This document shows, in pieces, positions 17,503 to 25,678 of a stretch of 64,000 nt of DNA. The notes beneath the pieces are model-generated. The model was not told the DNA's origin. It saw only the letters and a list, made by a program, of their open reading frames with translations, and ran no database searches. Positions within the stretch are counted from its first letter, which is position 1. The number at the start of each line of letters is the position of its first letter. This stretch comes from a bacterium (lineage in GTDB: Bacteria; Patescibacteriota; Minisyncoccia; Minisyncoccales; JANBVM01): positions 5,330 through 69,329 of the forward strand of contig JAUUXB010000001.1 of NCBI GenBank assembly GCA_030588745.1, in the 5' to 3' direction. The position numbers and the translations under genes were made by a program.

Positions 17503-20500
17503 ATGGCTAAAAAAATAAAAAGAGCTTCAAAAAAGAAAGTAAAAGAAACAGCTAGAATTAAAAAAACTAAATCAACTTACACTGCTAAGGATATTTTTGT
17601 ATTGAAAGGATTGGAACCAATCAGAAAAAGACCAGCAATGTATATTGGTTCAACGAGTCCTGAGGGTTTGCATCATTTAATAAAAGAAATTGTTGGAAAT
17701 AGTATTGATGAGGCAATAATGGGTTATTGTAATGATATTAAGATTTGGCTTTTGCCCAATAACAGAGTTAAGGTTGAAGATAATGGAAGAGGAATTCCTG
17801 TTGGCAGACATGCTTTAACAAAAAAATCAGCTCTGGAAACAATCATGACAACCCTTCATGCTGGAGGTAAGTTTGGAGGTAAAGCTTATGTTACCAGTGG
17901 AGGGCTTCATGGTGTTGGTATTTCAGTTGTTTGTGCTTTATCTAAATACATGAAAGTAGAGGTTTGCAGGGATGGTTATAGATATTCTCAGGAATATGCA
18001 AGGGGCAAGAAAAAAACAGCTGTCAGAAAAGTGGGGAAATCTAGAGTCACTGGAACAATTATTATTTTTGAACCTGATGAGCAGATTTTTAACACGCTAA
18101 AATTCAATGAAAAGAAAATACTTAATTACCTTCGTCAGCAAGCTTATTTAACAAAAGGAGTAAAGATTACTTTTTTTGACCAAAGGATTAAGCCTCATAA
18201 AACCTATGCTGTTTATTTTGAAGGAGGCATAATTTCCTATATTAAATATTTAACTAGAATTTCTGCGCCTATTAACCAAACAATCTTCTATTGTTCAGGA
18301 GAAAAGAATGGAATCTTAGTTGAATCAGCTTTTCGCTATACTGATGAGCTTGAATGTGTTGAAGAAACTTTTGCTAATAATGTTCATACCCAGGAAGGTG
18401 GTACTCATTTAACTGGGTTTAGGTCTGCTCTAACAAGAACCTTTAATGACTATGCAAAAAAGAATGGATTCTTAAAAGAAACTGACAGCAATTTTACTGG
18501 TGAAGATACAAGAGAAGGTTTAACAGCAATAATCTCAGTTAAAATAAAAGATCCTCAGTTTGAAGGCCAGACAAAAGCAAAACTGGGCAATTCTGAAGTC
18601 AAACCAGTAGTTGAACAAGTTGTAAGTGTTACTTTAGCTGATTTTTTGGAAAGAAATCCAAATGATGCCAGAGCAATTATCCAGAAATTTGCCCTAGCTC
18701 AAAAGGCAAGAAAAGCTGCCAAAGCTGCTAAGGACATTATTTTAAGAAAAAAGATATTAGATGGTTTGGCACTGCCTGGTAAACTTGCAGATTGTACTTC
18801 CAGAAACCCAGAAGAATCAGAGATATTTATAGTTGAAGGAGAGTCAGCCGGCGGATCGAGTCGTCAGGCTAGAGACCGGCATTTTCAGGCTATTTTGCCT
18901 TTAAGAGGTAAGATTTTAAATGTGGAAAGAGCCCGGCTTGATAGAATTCTGAATTCTAAAGAAATTAAATCATTGATTATTGCATTAGGAACCGCTGTTT
19001 CAGATGATTTTGATATTGAAAAAGCAAGGTACCACAGGATTGTTATAATGTGCGATGCGGATTCTGTGACTGGCGACACTCCAATCCTTGTTTACAATAA
19101 AGAGAAACAGGAATTCTTTTTAACTGAAGTGGGGGAGTTTATTGATAATTGTGATGATACTTTAAAATATCAGGTTTTAACATACAATTCCAAGACTGAG
19201 AAATCAGATTTAAAAGATATATACCAGACTATTCGTCATCCTCGTAGAACTCCTATATATGAAATTAAAACTTACTGCGGTTATCCTATTAAGATAACTT
19301 CTTGTCATAGCATATATGTTTTTGAAAATGGAAAGGTTGTAACTAAAAAAGGAGATAAGGTTAAAAAAGGAGATATTCTTGTTTTTCCTAAAAAACTTCC
19401 TCATCAAGAAAAAGAATATGTTATTGATTTAGAAAAAACTATTTTGAATTCTGGTGTTGAAAATATTTCTGTAAAAATTCCTCAGAATTATATTAAAGAA
19501 GTGCCAGCGATGGCTTGGTGTGATTTGAACTCTGGTTCTTGGAATATACTTCAGAGGCAGAGAGAATCAAGTGGAATATCTAGGAGAGTAATGGGAGATT
19601 TGATTAAAGTTTATGATAGAGTTGTTCAACAATGGGAGCAGAAGATTGATAATGTTATGCCTAGATTTTATCAATTTAAGCAGTATTTAAACCAGATAGA
19701 AATGAGTTCTAAGAATCTTGATTATAATCTGTACATTCCAGTAAAAGATTGGAAAGAACAGAATATTGAAGGTCAATTCTATTACAAAAATCATTCCAGA
19801 CTTGTTAAAACTAAGTTTAAATTAGATAAAGATTTAAGTTATTTGATTGGATTTTATTTAGGTGATGGTTATGCTAGTTTTCAAAAGAAAAATCCAAACA
19901 GGTTCTCAATTTCTTTAAATAAAGAAAACTCAGAACAATATATTAAAAGACTTTCCAGAATTATTAAAAACAAGTTTAGAGCCAAAGCTATTTTGGATTA
20001 TTCTAAGAATACTAATGGTGTTAATTTGCATTTCCATTCTTTTGAGTTTAAATTGCTGTTAACTGAATTAGGTCTTTTGAAAAAGAAATGTAATGAAAAG
20101 TTTATTCCCAACGTTTTCTTTAATGTGGAAAAAGGAATTCAGGAATCTTTGATTGAGGGTTTACTCCATAGCGATGGCTTTATTACAGTCTGGCCAAAAC
20201 ATAAACCAAGAAAAGCAATTTATGGCTGGAGATTATCTTCTAAAAAGCTTATTCAGGGAATAATGACTATTTTCAGGCAGTGGGGGATATTTCCAGCATA
20301 CAGTATTTCTAAGTCTAAAGATCATTTTAGAAAAGATGGAAAGCTTATTCATTCTAATTTTAAATCCTATGATTTATCAGTTTCTACTGTTGAATATTTG
20401 ATTAAAACTAAAAATGTTTGGTTGAATCATAAGGACGGTGGAAAATTGGAGAAATATCTTAAGAAAGTGAATTATAAAAAAGTTATTGGTAAATATTTAA

Positions 20501-21048
20501 AGTCAATTTCCCAAGATTTTGTTGGTCTTAAGGTCAGAGACATTAAGAAAGTTAAAAATCTTGATAATTTTGTTTATGATTTTTCGGTTTATGGAGATCA
20601 GAATTTTATAGCTGGAATTGGTGGAGTCTTGCTTCATAACTCAGATGGAAATCATATTAAAACATTGCTCTTGACTTTGTTTTACCGTTACTTTAAACCT
20701 TTAATTGAAAGAGGCTATTTGTATATTGCCCAACCACCTTTATATAAAATTCAGGTTGGTAAAAAAATAGATTATGCTTATACTGAAGATCAGAAAAAGC
20801 AGATTGTAAAATCACTGGGAAAAAACATAAATATCTCTATCCAAAGGTACAAAGGTTTAGGAGAAATGAATGCAGGAGAACTTTGGGACACTACCATGAA
20901 TCCAGAAAACAGAACTCTGCTTCAGGTTAATATTGAGGATGCAAGAGAGGCAGACAAGATATTTGATATTTTAATGGGTAAAGAGGTTTTGCCGAGAAAG
21001 AAATTCATTCAATCTTATGCTAAAAAAGTGAAGAATCTTGATATTTAA
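17503..21048 (+). CDS. gyrB: DNA gyrase subunit B interrupted by an intein
   Basis: GLHHLIKEIVGNSIDEA, EGESAGGS, PLRGKILNVE, then IVIMCDAD / intein / SDGNHIKTLLLTLFYRY, YKGLGEMN. ATG 17503 is preferred over the track TTG at 17473. Confidence 0.92.
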   Translation: MAKKIKRASKKKVKETARIKKTKSTYTAKDIFVLKGLEPIRKRPAMYIGSTSPEGLHHLIKEIVGNSIDEAIMGYCNDIKIWLLPNNRVKVEDNGRGIPVGRHALTKKSALETIMTTLHAGGKFGGKAYVTSGGLHGVGISVVCALSKYMKVEVCRDGYRYSQEYARGKKKTAVRKVGKSRVTGTIIIFEPDEQIFNTLKFNEKKILNYLRQQAYLTKGVKITFFDQRIKPHKTYAVYFEGGIISYIKYLTRISAPINQTIFYCSGEKNGILVESAFRYTDELECVEETFANNVHTQEGGTHLTGFRSALTRTFNDYAKKNGFLKETDSNFTGEDTREGLTAIISVKIKDPQFEGQTKAKLGNSEVKPVVEQVVSVTLADFLERNPNDARAIIQKFALAQKARKAAKAAKDIILRKKILDGLALPGKLADCTSRNPEESEIFIVEGESAGGSSRQARDRHFQAILPLRGKILNVERARLDRILNSKEIKSLIIALGTAVSDDFDIEKARYHRIVIMCDADSVTGDTPILVYNKEKQEFFLTEVGEFIDNCDDTLKYQVLTYNSKTEKSDLKDIYQTIRHPRRTPIYEIKTYCGYPIKITSCHSIYVFENGKVVTKKGDKVKKGDILVFPKKLPHQEKEYVIDLEKTILNSGVENISVKIPQNYIKEVPAMAWCDLNSGSWNILQRQRESSGISRRVMGDLIKVYDRVVQQWEQKIDNVMPRFYQFKQYLNQIEMSSKNLDYNLYIPVKDWKEQNIEGQFYYKNHSRLVKTKFKLDKDLSYLIGFYLGDGYASFQKKNPNRFSISLNKENSEQYIKRLSRIIKNKFRAKAILDYSKNTNGVNLHFHSFEFKLLLTELGLLKKKCNEKFIPNVFFNVEKGIQESLIEGLLHSDGFITVWPKHKPRKAIYGWRLSSKKLIQGIMTIFRQWGIFPAYSISKSKDHFRKDGKLIHSNFKSYDLSVSTVEYLIKTKNVWLNHKDGGKLEKYLKKVNYKKVIGKYLKSISQDFVGLKVRDIKKVKNLDNFVYDFSVYGDQNFIAGIGGVLLHNSDGNHIKTLLLTLFYRYFKPLIERGYLYIAQPPLYKIQVGKKIDYAYTEDQKKQIVKSLGKNINISIQRYKGLGEMNAGELWDTTMNPENRTLLQVNIEDAREADKIFDILMGKEVLPRKKFIQSYAKKVKNLDI
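19063..20640 (+). mobile_element. intein (526 aa) with LAGLIDADG homing-endonuclease domain, inserted in the Toprim DADxDG motif of GyrB
   Basis: Block A SVTGDTPILV (Ser1), block B ITSCHSIYV, LAGLIDADG motifs LIGFYLGDGY and LIEGLLHSDGF, block F VYDFSV, block G VLLHN followed by +1 Ser. Confidence 0.9.
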
Positions 21049-21103
21049 CCATTAATCAATACGAATTAAAACCAATTAATTACGAATAAGCGCGAATATA
21101 ATT

Positions 21104-21307
21104 ATGCCAAATATAGGTACCATATTCAGTAAAATAGATAGCTTTTTTAAGGAAGTTAGAATTGAGATAAAAAAAGTTAACTGGCCAACAACAAAAGAAA
21201 CCATAAGATATACTTTGACTGTTATTGGTATTTCAATAGCAACAGCAATATTTTTAGGAGGAATAGATTTTCTGTTTACTAATCTCTTAAATAAGTTTAT
21301 TATTTAG
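21104..21307 (+). CDS. secE: preprotein translocase subunit SecE
   Basis: 67 aa. EIKKVNWPTTKETIRYTLTVIGISIATAIFLG, immediately upstream of nusG. Confidence 0.85.
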   Translation: MPNIGTIFSKIDSFFKEVRIEIKKVNWPTTKETIRYTLTVIGISIATAIFLGGIDFLFTNLLNKFII

Positions 21308-21312
21308 ACACT

Positions 21313-21858
21313 ATGCCAAAACAAAAATTAGTACAAAAAAGAAACTGGTATGTTCTTCATACTTATTCAGGATACGAAGAATCAGTTGCCAAGAATCTTA
21401 AACAGCGTATTGAGTCGTTAGGTATGGAAGATAAGATTTTCAATGTTATTGTTCCCAAAGAAAAAAAAATAAAGATTAAAGATGGTAAAAGAAAAACAAT
21501 TGAGGAAAAAATCTATCCTGGATATGTTTTGGTTGAAATGATTGTTACTGATGATTCTTGGTATGTTGTAAGAAATACCCCAAATGTTACTGGGTTTATT
21601 GGTGCTGGGACAACCCCTATTCCAGTTTCTAAAAAAGAAATTGATTCTTTAATGGAGAGAATGGAAGAAAAGGAGCCTCGGTATAAAATTGAGGTTAAGC
21701 GCGGTGATTTAGTGAAAATTACTGATGGTCCTTTTAAAGATTTTGATGGAAGAGTTTCAGAAATTGATCAGGAAAAAGGAAAGGTAAAAGTTTTAGTAAA
21801 TATGTTTGGGAGAGATACACCAGTTGAGCTGGATTCTTTGCAGATTAAAAAAATGTAG
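21313..21858 (+). CDS. nusG: transcription termination/antitermination factor NusG
   Basis: WYVLHTYSGYE, YPGYVLVEM and a KOW motif (GDLVKITDGPFKDFDGRV). Confidence 0.93.
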   Translation: MPKQKLVQKRNWYVLHTYSGYEESVAKNLKQRIESLGMEDKIFNVIVPKEKKIKIKDGKRKTIEEKIYPGYVLVEMIVTDDSWYVVRNTPNVTGFIGAGTTPIPVSKKEIDSLMERMEEKEPRYKIEVKRGDLVKITDGPFKDFDGRVSEIDQEKGKVKVLVNMFGRDTPVELDSLQIKKM

Positions 21859-21861
21859 ATT

Positions 21862-22284
21862 ATGGCTAAAAAAGTTATAGCAAAAATTAAATTACAGATT
21901 CCAGCAGGTAAAGCTACTCCAGCCCCTCCAGTAGGGCCTGCTTTAGCTCAGCATGGATTAAATATTGCTGATTTTTGTAGGAAATTTAATGACATGACTG
22001 CTAATCAGCAGGGTTTTATTATTCCTGTTGAAATCAGTGTTTTTGAAAATAAAACCTATGAATTTAAGTTAAAAAAGCCTCCGGTCTCTGAACTGCTTAA
22101 AAAAGCAGCTGGTATTGAAAAAGGTTCTGGCGAGCCAAATAAGGTAAAAGTTGCCAAAATCACTAAAGCCCAGCTTCAGAGAATAGCCCAGGAGAAAATG
22201 CCTGACTTTAATACAGAGGATATTGAAGCAGCAATGAGGATTGTAGAGGGGACTGCCAAAAACATGGGAATTGAAATTGAATAA
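21862..22284 (+). CDS. rplK: 50S ribosomal protein L11
   Basis: [27 protein letters not shown]... Confidence 0.95.
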   Translation: MAKKVIAKIKLQIPAGKATPAPPVGPALAQHGLNIADFCRKFNDMTANQQGFIIPVEISVFENKTYEFKLKKPPVSELLKKAAGIEKGSGEPNKVKVAKITKAQLQRIAQEKMPDFNTEDIEAAMRIVEGTAKNMGIEIE

Positions 22285-22308
22285 TAATTTAAATATATAC
22301 TATTTTCT

Positions 22309-22773
22309 ATGGTTAATTCAAAAACAAGCATAATTATTTTAACAGTTTTTTTTATTGGAAGTTTGTTTTTTATTAGAAATGGTTTTTTGGCAGTTGACAG
22401 AGAAATTGATACCTTAACTTTAGGCCAGACAGTTGTTATGAGCGGTCAGTTAAAAGGACCTTTACTAAAAGTTAATTATATTATTAATTTTGGAGAGAAC
22501 AGTATTATTGAAGAGCAGCTTTTTCTTTTAAAAGATTCAACTGTTTTTTCATTGCTTGAAGATTTAGCCAGAAAAAATCATTTTCAAATAGAAACCACTT
22601 ATTATGATGAAATGGGTGTTTTAGTAAAAAGTATTGATAAAATAAACAATGGAATTGATAATAAATACTGGCAGTATTGGGTTAATGATGAGCTGCCAAT
22701 GGTTGCAGCTGATAAGATGGTGCCTAACAGTGGTGACAGTATTGAGTGGAAATTTGCACCTGTATCTTTTTAA
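22309..22773 (+). CDS. DUF4430-like secreted/anchored protein (transcobalamin-like fold family)
   Basis: N-terminal TM/signal. C-terminal KYWQYWVNDELPMVAADKMVPNSGDSIEWKF resembles the DUF4430 signature (W.Y.VNG...GA..Y.L.DGD.I.W). Confidence 0.55.
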   Translation: MVNSKTSIIILTVFFIGSLFFIRNGFLAVDREIDTLTLGQTVVMSGQLKGPLLKVNYIINFGENSIIEEQLFLLKDSTVFSLLEDLARKNHFQIETTYYDEMGVLVKSIDKINNGIDNKYWQYWVNDELPMVAADKMVPNSGDSIEWKFAPVSF

Positions 22774-22777
22774 TTTT

Positions 22778-23344
22778 ATGGCTATTATTTCAAAAAATTA
22801 TATGAAGATATTTTTAGCAGCTCTAATTATTTTTTTTGGAGTTGTTTTTCGTATTTTTTTGAATGAGCAGTTTCATATTCCAAACTTTGAAGCTGTTACA
22901 GCCATTTCTTTATTATCAGGAGTGTTTTTTAGAGGATTTTATAGCGTTTTAATTCCTTTAAATATTATGTTTTTTTCTGACTTTTATTTTGGAAACAGTG
23001 TAATCTATTTATTTACCTGGTCAGCTTTTGCTTTGATTGGGGTTTTTGGTAATATATTAAAAAGAAAAGCAAGACAGTTACATCTTAAAAGCACAGGTTT
23101 AGGAATTTTATCGGTTCTGTTTTTTTACGCTTGGACTAATTTCGGCTGGTGGTTAACCTCAGGTATGTATTCAATGGATTTAGGTGGCTTGATTGAATGT
23201 TATCTGAGGGCAATTCCTTTTTTGAAAAATCAATTACTTTCAGTTCTCCTTTTTGTTCCCAGTTTTTCTTTAATTTTTTCACGAATGTTTAGTTTTTTTA
23301 AAAAATATGAAAAAGAGCTAAAGGCTAAAATATCTTTAAGCTAA
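22778..23344 (+). CDS. polytopic membrane protein, possible ECF-type substrate-capture (S) component
   Basis: About 6 predicted TM helices. Start set at ATG 22778 (MAIISKNY), because the track start at 22649 overlaps the previous gene. The function is inferred only from pairing with the DUF4430 gene. Confidence 0.45.
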   Translation: MAIISKNYMKIFLAALIIFFGVVFRIFLNEQFHIPNFEAVTAISLLSGVFFRGFYSVLIPLNIMFFSDFYFGNSVIYLFTWSAFALIGVFGNILKRKARQLHLKSTGLGILSVLFFYAWTNFGWWLTSGMYSMDLGGLIECYLRAIPFLKNQLLSVLLFVPSFSLIFSRMFSFFKKYEKELKAKISLS

Positions 23345-23352
23345 ATAAAAAT

Positions 23353-23889
23353 ATGGAAAACAAAACAAACAAGATTATTTTAGATTACAAAAAATTGTCT
23401 GAAATAATTAAGGCCCATAAAACACTTAATCAAAGAATAGTTTGCACTATTGGTTCCTGGGACATGCTCCATATTGGTCATGTTCGTTATTTAAGTGCAG
23501 CAAAAGACCACGGTGATATTTTGGTAGTGGGTGTTGATAGTGACAGGGCTATTAGGTTATATAAAAAGAATCCTTTAAGGCCAGTTATTCCTCAGGAAGA
23601 AAGAATGGAAATGCTAAGTTACCAGAGTTTTGTTGATTATGTCTCCTTAATAGACGATGTTGATAAGGCTGGGTGCTGGCAAATGAATTTAATAAAGGCA
23701 ATAAAACCGGATATTTTTATAGCTGCCTCAGGAGAAAGTTATCCAATAGAGCAAAGAAAGCAAATTGTTAAATTCTGTAATCATCTTAAAATTTTAAAAC
23801 GTCAGGCAAAGAAAACCTCAACCACCAAAATAATAGAGAAAACAGTTAAGCAGCGCTTGGAATACCTTTTAAAAAACTTTAAATCATGA
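23353..23889 (+). CDS. cytidylyl/adenylyl-transferase family protein (TagD/RfaE-II-like)
   Basis: IGSWDMLHIGHVRYL (HxGH motif), GDILVVGVDSD, PQEERMEML. Confidence 0.7.
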   Translation: MENKTNKIILDYKKLSEIIKAHKTLNQRIVCTIGSWDMLHIGHVRYLSAAKDHGDILVVGVDSDRAIRLYKKNPLRPVIPQEERMEMLSYQSFVDYVSLIDDVDKAGCWQMNLIKAIKPDIFIAASGESYPIEQRKQIVKFCNHLKILKRQAKKTSTTKIIEKTVKQRLEYLLKNFKS

Positions 23890-23901
23890 AAAAAAAAGTT
23901 T

Positions 23902-24330
23902 GTGAATCCGGGTTTTACTAAGTCAGGGAAGTATAAAGATGTTTTAAAAACAATCAAAAAAACAGGAAAGTGTCCTTTTTGCAAAGAAAACTTTAAATAT
24001 CACAAAAAGCCAACGCTATTTAAAAAAAAGAATTGGTTTATTACTAAAAGCAGTTGGCCATATAAAAATACTCAGTATCATTTTTTAATAATATCAGAGA
24101 AACACAAAGAAGATTTTACTCAATTAAATACCTCTGATTTTTCTGAAGTTTCCAAGCTTATCAAATGGGCTACGGAAAAATATAAGATAAAGGGAGGTGC
24201 CCTTGCTCTAAGATTTGGCAGTGCAATTTATACTGGTTCCACAGTTAATCACCTTCATTTTCATTTAATAGTGCCTGAAATTAACAAAAATACTAAGAAA
24301 ACCAATACAGTACATTTTGCTGTTGGTTAA
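23902..24330 (+). CDS. HIT (histidine triad) family nucleotide hydrolase/transferase
   Basis: HLHFHLI histidine-triad motif. GTG start. Confidence 0.75.
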   Translation: MNPGFTKSGKYKDVLKTIKKTGKCPFCKENFKYHKKPTLFKKKNWFITKSSWPYKNTQYHFLIISEKHKEDFTQLNTSDFSEVSKLIKWATEKYKIKGGALALRFGSAIYTGSTVNHLHFHLIVPEINKNTKKTNTVHFAVG

Positions 24331-24339
24331 TTTTGGATT

Positions 24340-24813
24340 ATGGAAAAAATTCAATGGCCTACTCATAATGTGATAATGGTTTCTATTGCCTTTTGTTTCA
24401 ATGAAAAGAAAGAACTTTTGCTGGTAATGCAGAAAGACAGGGATTTTTGGTCTCCACCAAGCGGTGAAGTAGAAAAACATGAAAATCCTCTTCAGACTGC
24501 TATAAGAGAGACCAAAGAGGAAATAGATTTAGATGTAAGGGCTGTGAAGTCCTTAACACCGATTATAAAATGGGAAAGTGAGTATCAAGACGCTGTGCTT
24601 GTTTTATTTCATTTTCTTTGTGAGATAACAGGAGGAAAACTTAAGCACATGAAAACTTCTGAGCCTCAATATGATGTTATTGACCATAAATGGATGAGCT
24701 TGGATGATATTTTAAAAAACAAGGTTAAAATTGCTCCAAATGTTCTGCATTTAATCGATGAATTAAAAGATAATTTAAAATACTTTGAAAATGGCAAAAT
24801 CATTGAGCACTAA
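24340..24813 (+). CDS. NUDIX hydrolase
   Basis: Nudix box GEVEKHENPLQTAIRETKEEIDL. Confidence 0.8.
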   Translation: MEKIQWPTHNVIMVSIAFCFNEKKELLLVMQKDRDFWSPPSGEVEKHENPLQTAIRETKEEIDLDVRAVKSLTPIIKWESEYQDAVLVLFHFLCEITGGKLKHMKTSEPQYDVIDHKWMSLDDILKNKVKIAPNVLHLIDELKDNLKYFENGKIIEH

Positions 24814-25672
24814 GAACATTTTAATTATTGGTGAGTTTCCGGTTATTCACAAAGGATATATTGATTTTTTTAATAAGATTTTAAAAGAATCCAAAGCCCA
24901 TTTTTATCTGGGTTTTTTAGATAGCAAAACCATCAAACAAATGACAAAGCTGGAGCCAGATATTAGAAAAATACCTGCCAAAGAAACAAGAAAAATCATT
25001 GATGTTTATCTTCCAATAAAGAAATTTGTTTTGTTAAATAAGGATAATTTTATTGAATTGATAAAAAATACAAGCTTTCAAAAGATAATTATCTTAAAAG
25101 GTGAAAAGAGTGAGGATTTTGCAAAACACTATTTGGCTGATAATAAATACAAAAAACATATTCAATATTACGATATCAGGCTGAAGTGGCATGATGATAA
25201 AGTAGCTAAATTTAAGAGAAGCAGCTCTAAGGTTTCTAAAGCTGAGTTAATAAAGCATAAGAAATTCATAAAGCAAGCATTTGATCAGGCCCAAAATTCA
25301 AAATGTTGGTGGCGTCAAGTAGGAGCAGTTTCGGTCAAAAAAAATAGTATTATTCTAAAAGCATTTAATGAGATGATGCCAACCAATGACGAGTGCTATA
25401 AAATAGGGTGTGTTAGAGATAATATTGCTCCAGGCAAATTATCAGAGATTTGCAGTGTTTCTCATGCTGAGGCCTCAATTATTGCTCAGGCAGCTTGCAA
25501 AGGAATATCTCTTGAAAATACTGTTATGTATATTACTCATTTTCCCTGCCCGGCCTGCGCTAAATTAATTGCCTTATCTGGAATTAAAAAAATAGTTTAT
25601 TCTCAGGGTTCAGCTGTGTTTGATGGGGCAAGAGTTATGAAAAGCAGAAAGGTAGAAATAATTAAAATTTAG
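24785..25672 (+). CDS. dCMP/cytidine deaminase domain fused to an N-terminal nucleotidyltransferase-like domain
   Basis: C-terminal HAEASII and PCPACAKLI zinc motifs of the CDA/dCMP deaminase family. N-terminal about 150 aa has IIGEFPVIHKGYIDFF, a degenerate G.F..H.GH motif. Confidence 0.7.
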   Translation: MKMAKSLSTKNILIIGEFPVIHKGYIDFFNKILKESKAHFYLGFLDSKTIKQMTKLEPDIRKIPAKETRKIIDVYLPIKKFVLLNKDNFIELIKNTSFQKIIILKGEKSEDFAKHYLADNKYKKHIQYYDIRLKWHDDKVAKFKRSSSKVSKAELIKHKKFIKQAFDQAQNSKCWWRQVGAVSVKKNSIILKAFNEMMPTNDECYKIGCVRDNIAPGKLSEICSVSHAEASIIAQAACKGISLENTVMYITHFPCPACAKLIALSGIKKIVYSQGSAVFDGARVMKSRKVEIIKI

Positions 25673-25678
25673 TTTTTT

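Noticed and set aside
21049-21103. Two similar half-sites (TAATCAATACGAAT / TAATTAATTACGAAT) before secE, as a possible operator
   Set aside because: They are short, AT-rich and occur only once. Without motif statistics they cannot be distinguished from chance.
22649-22777. Upstream extension of the membrane-protein ORF, overlapping the DUF4430 gene by 125 nt
   Set aside because: The extension has no membrane or conserved character. ATG 22778, 4 nt after the upstream stop, gives a sensible N-terminus.
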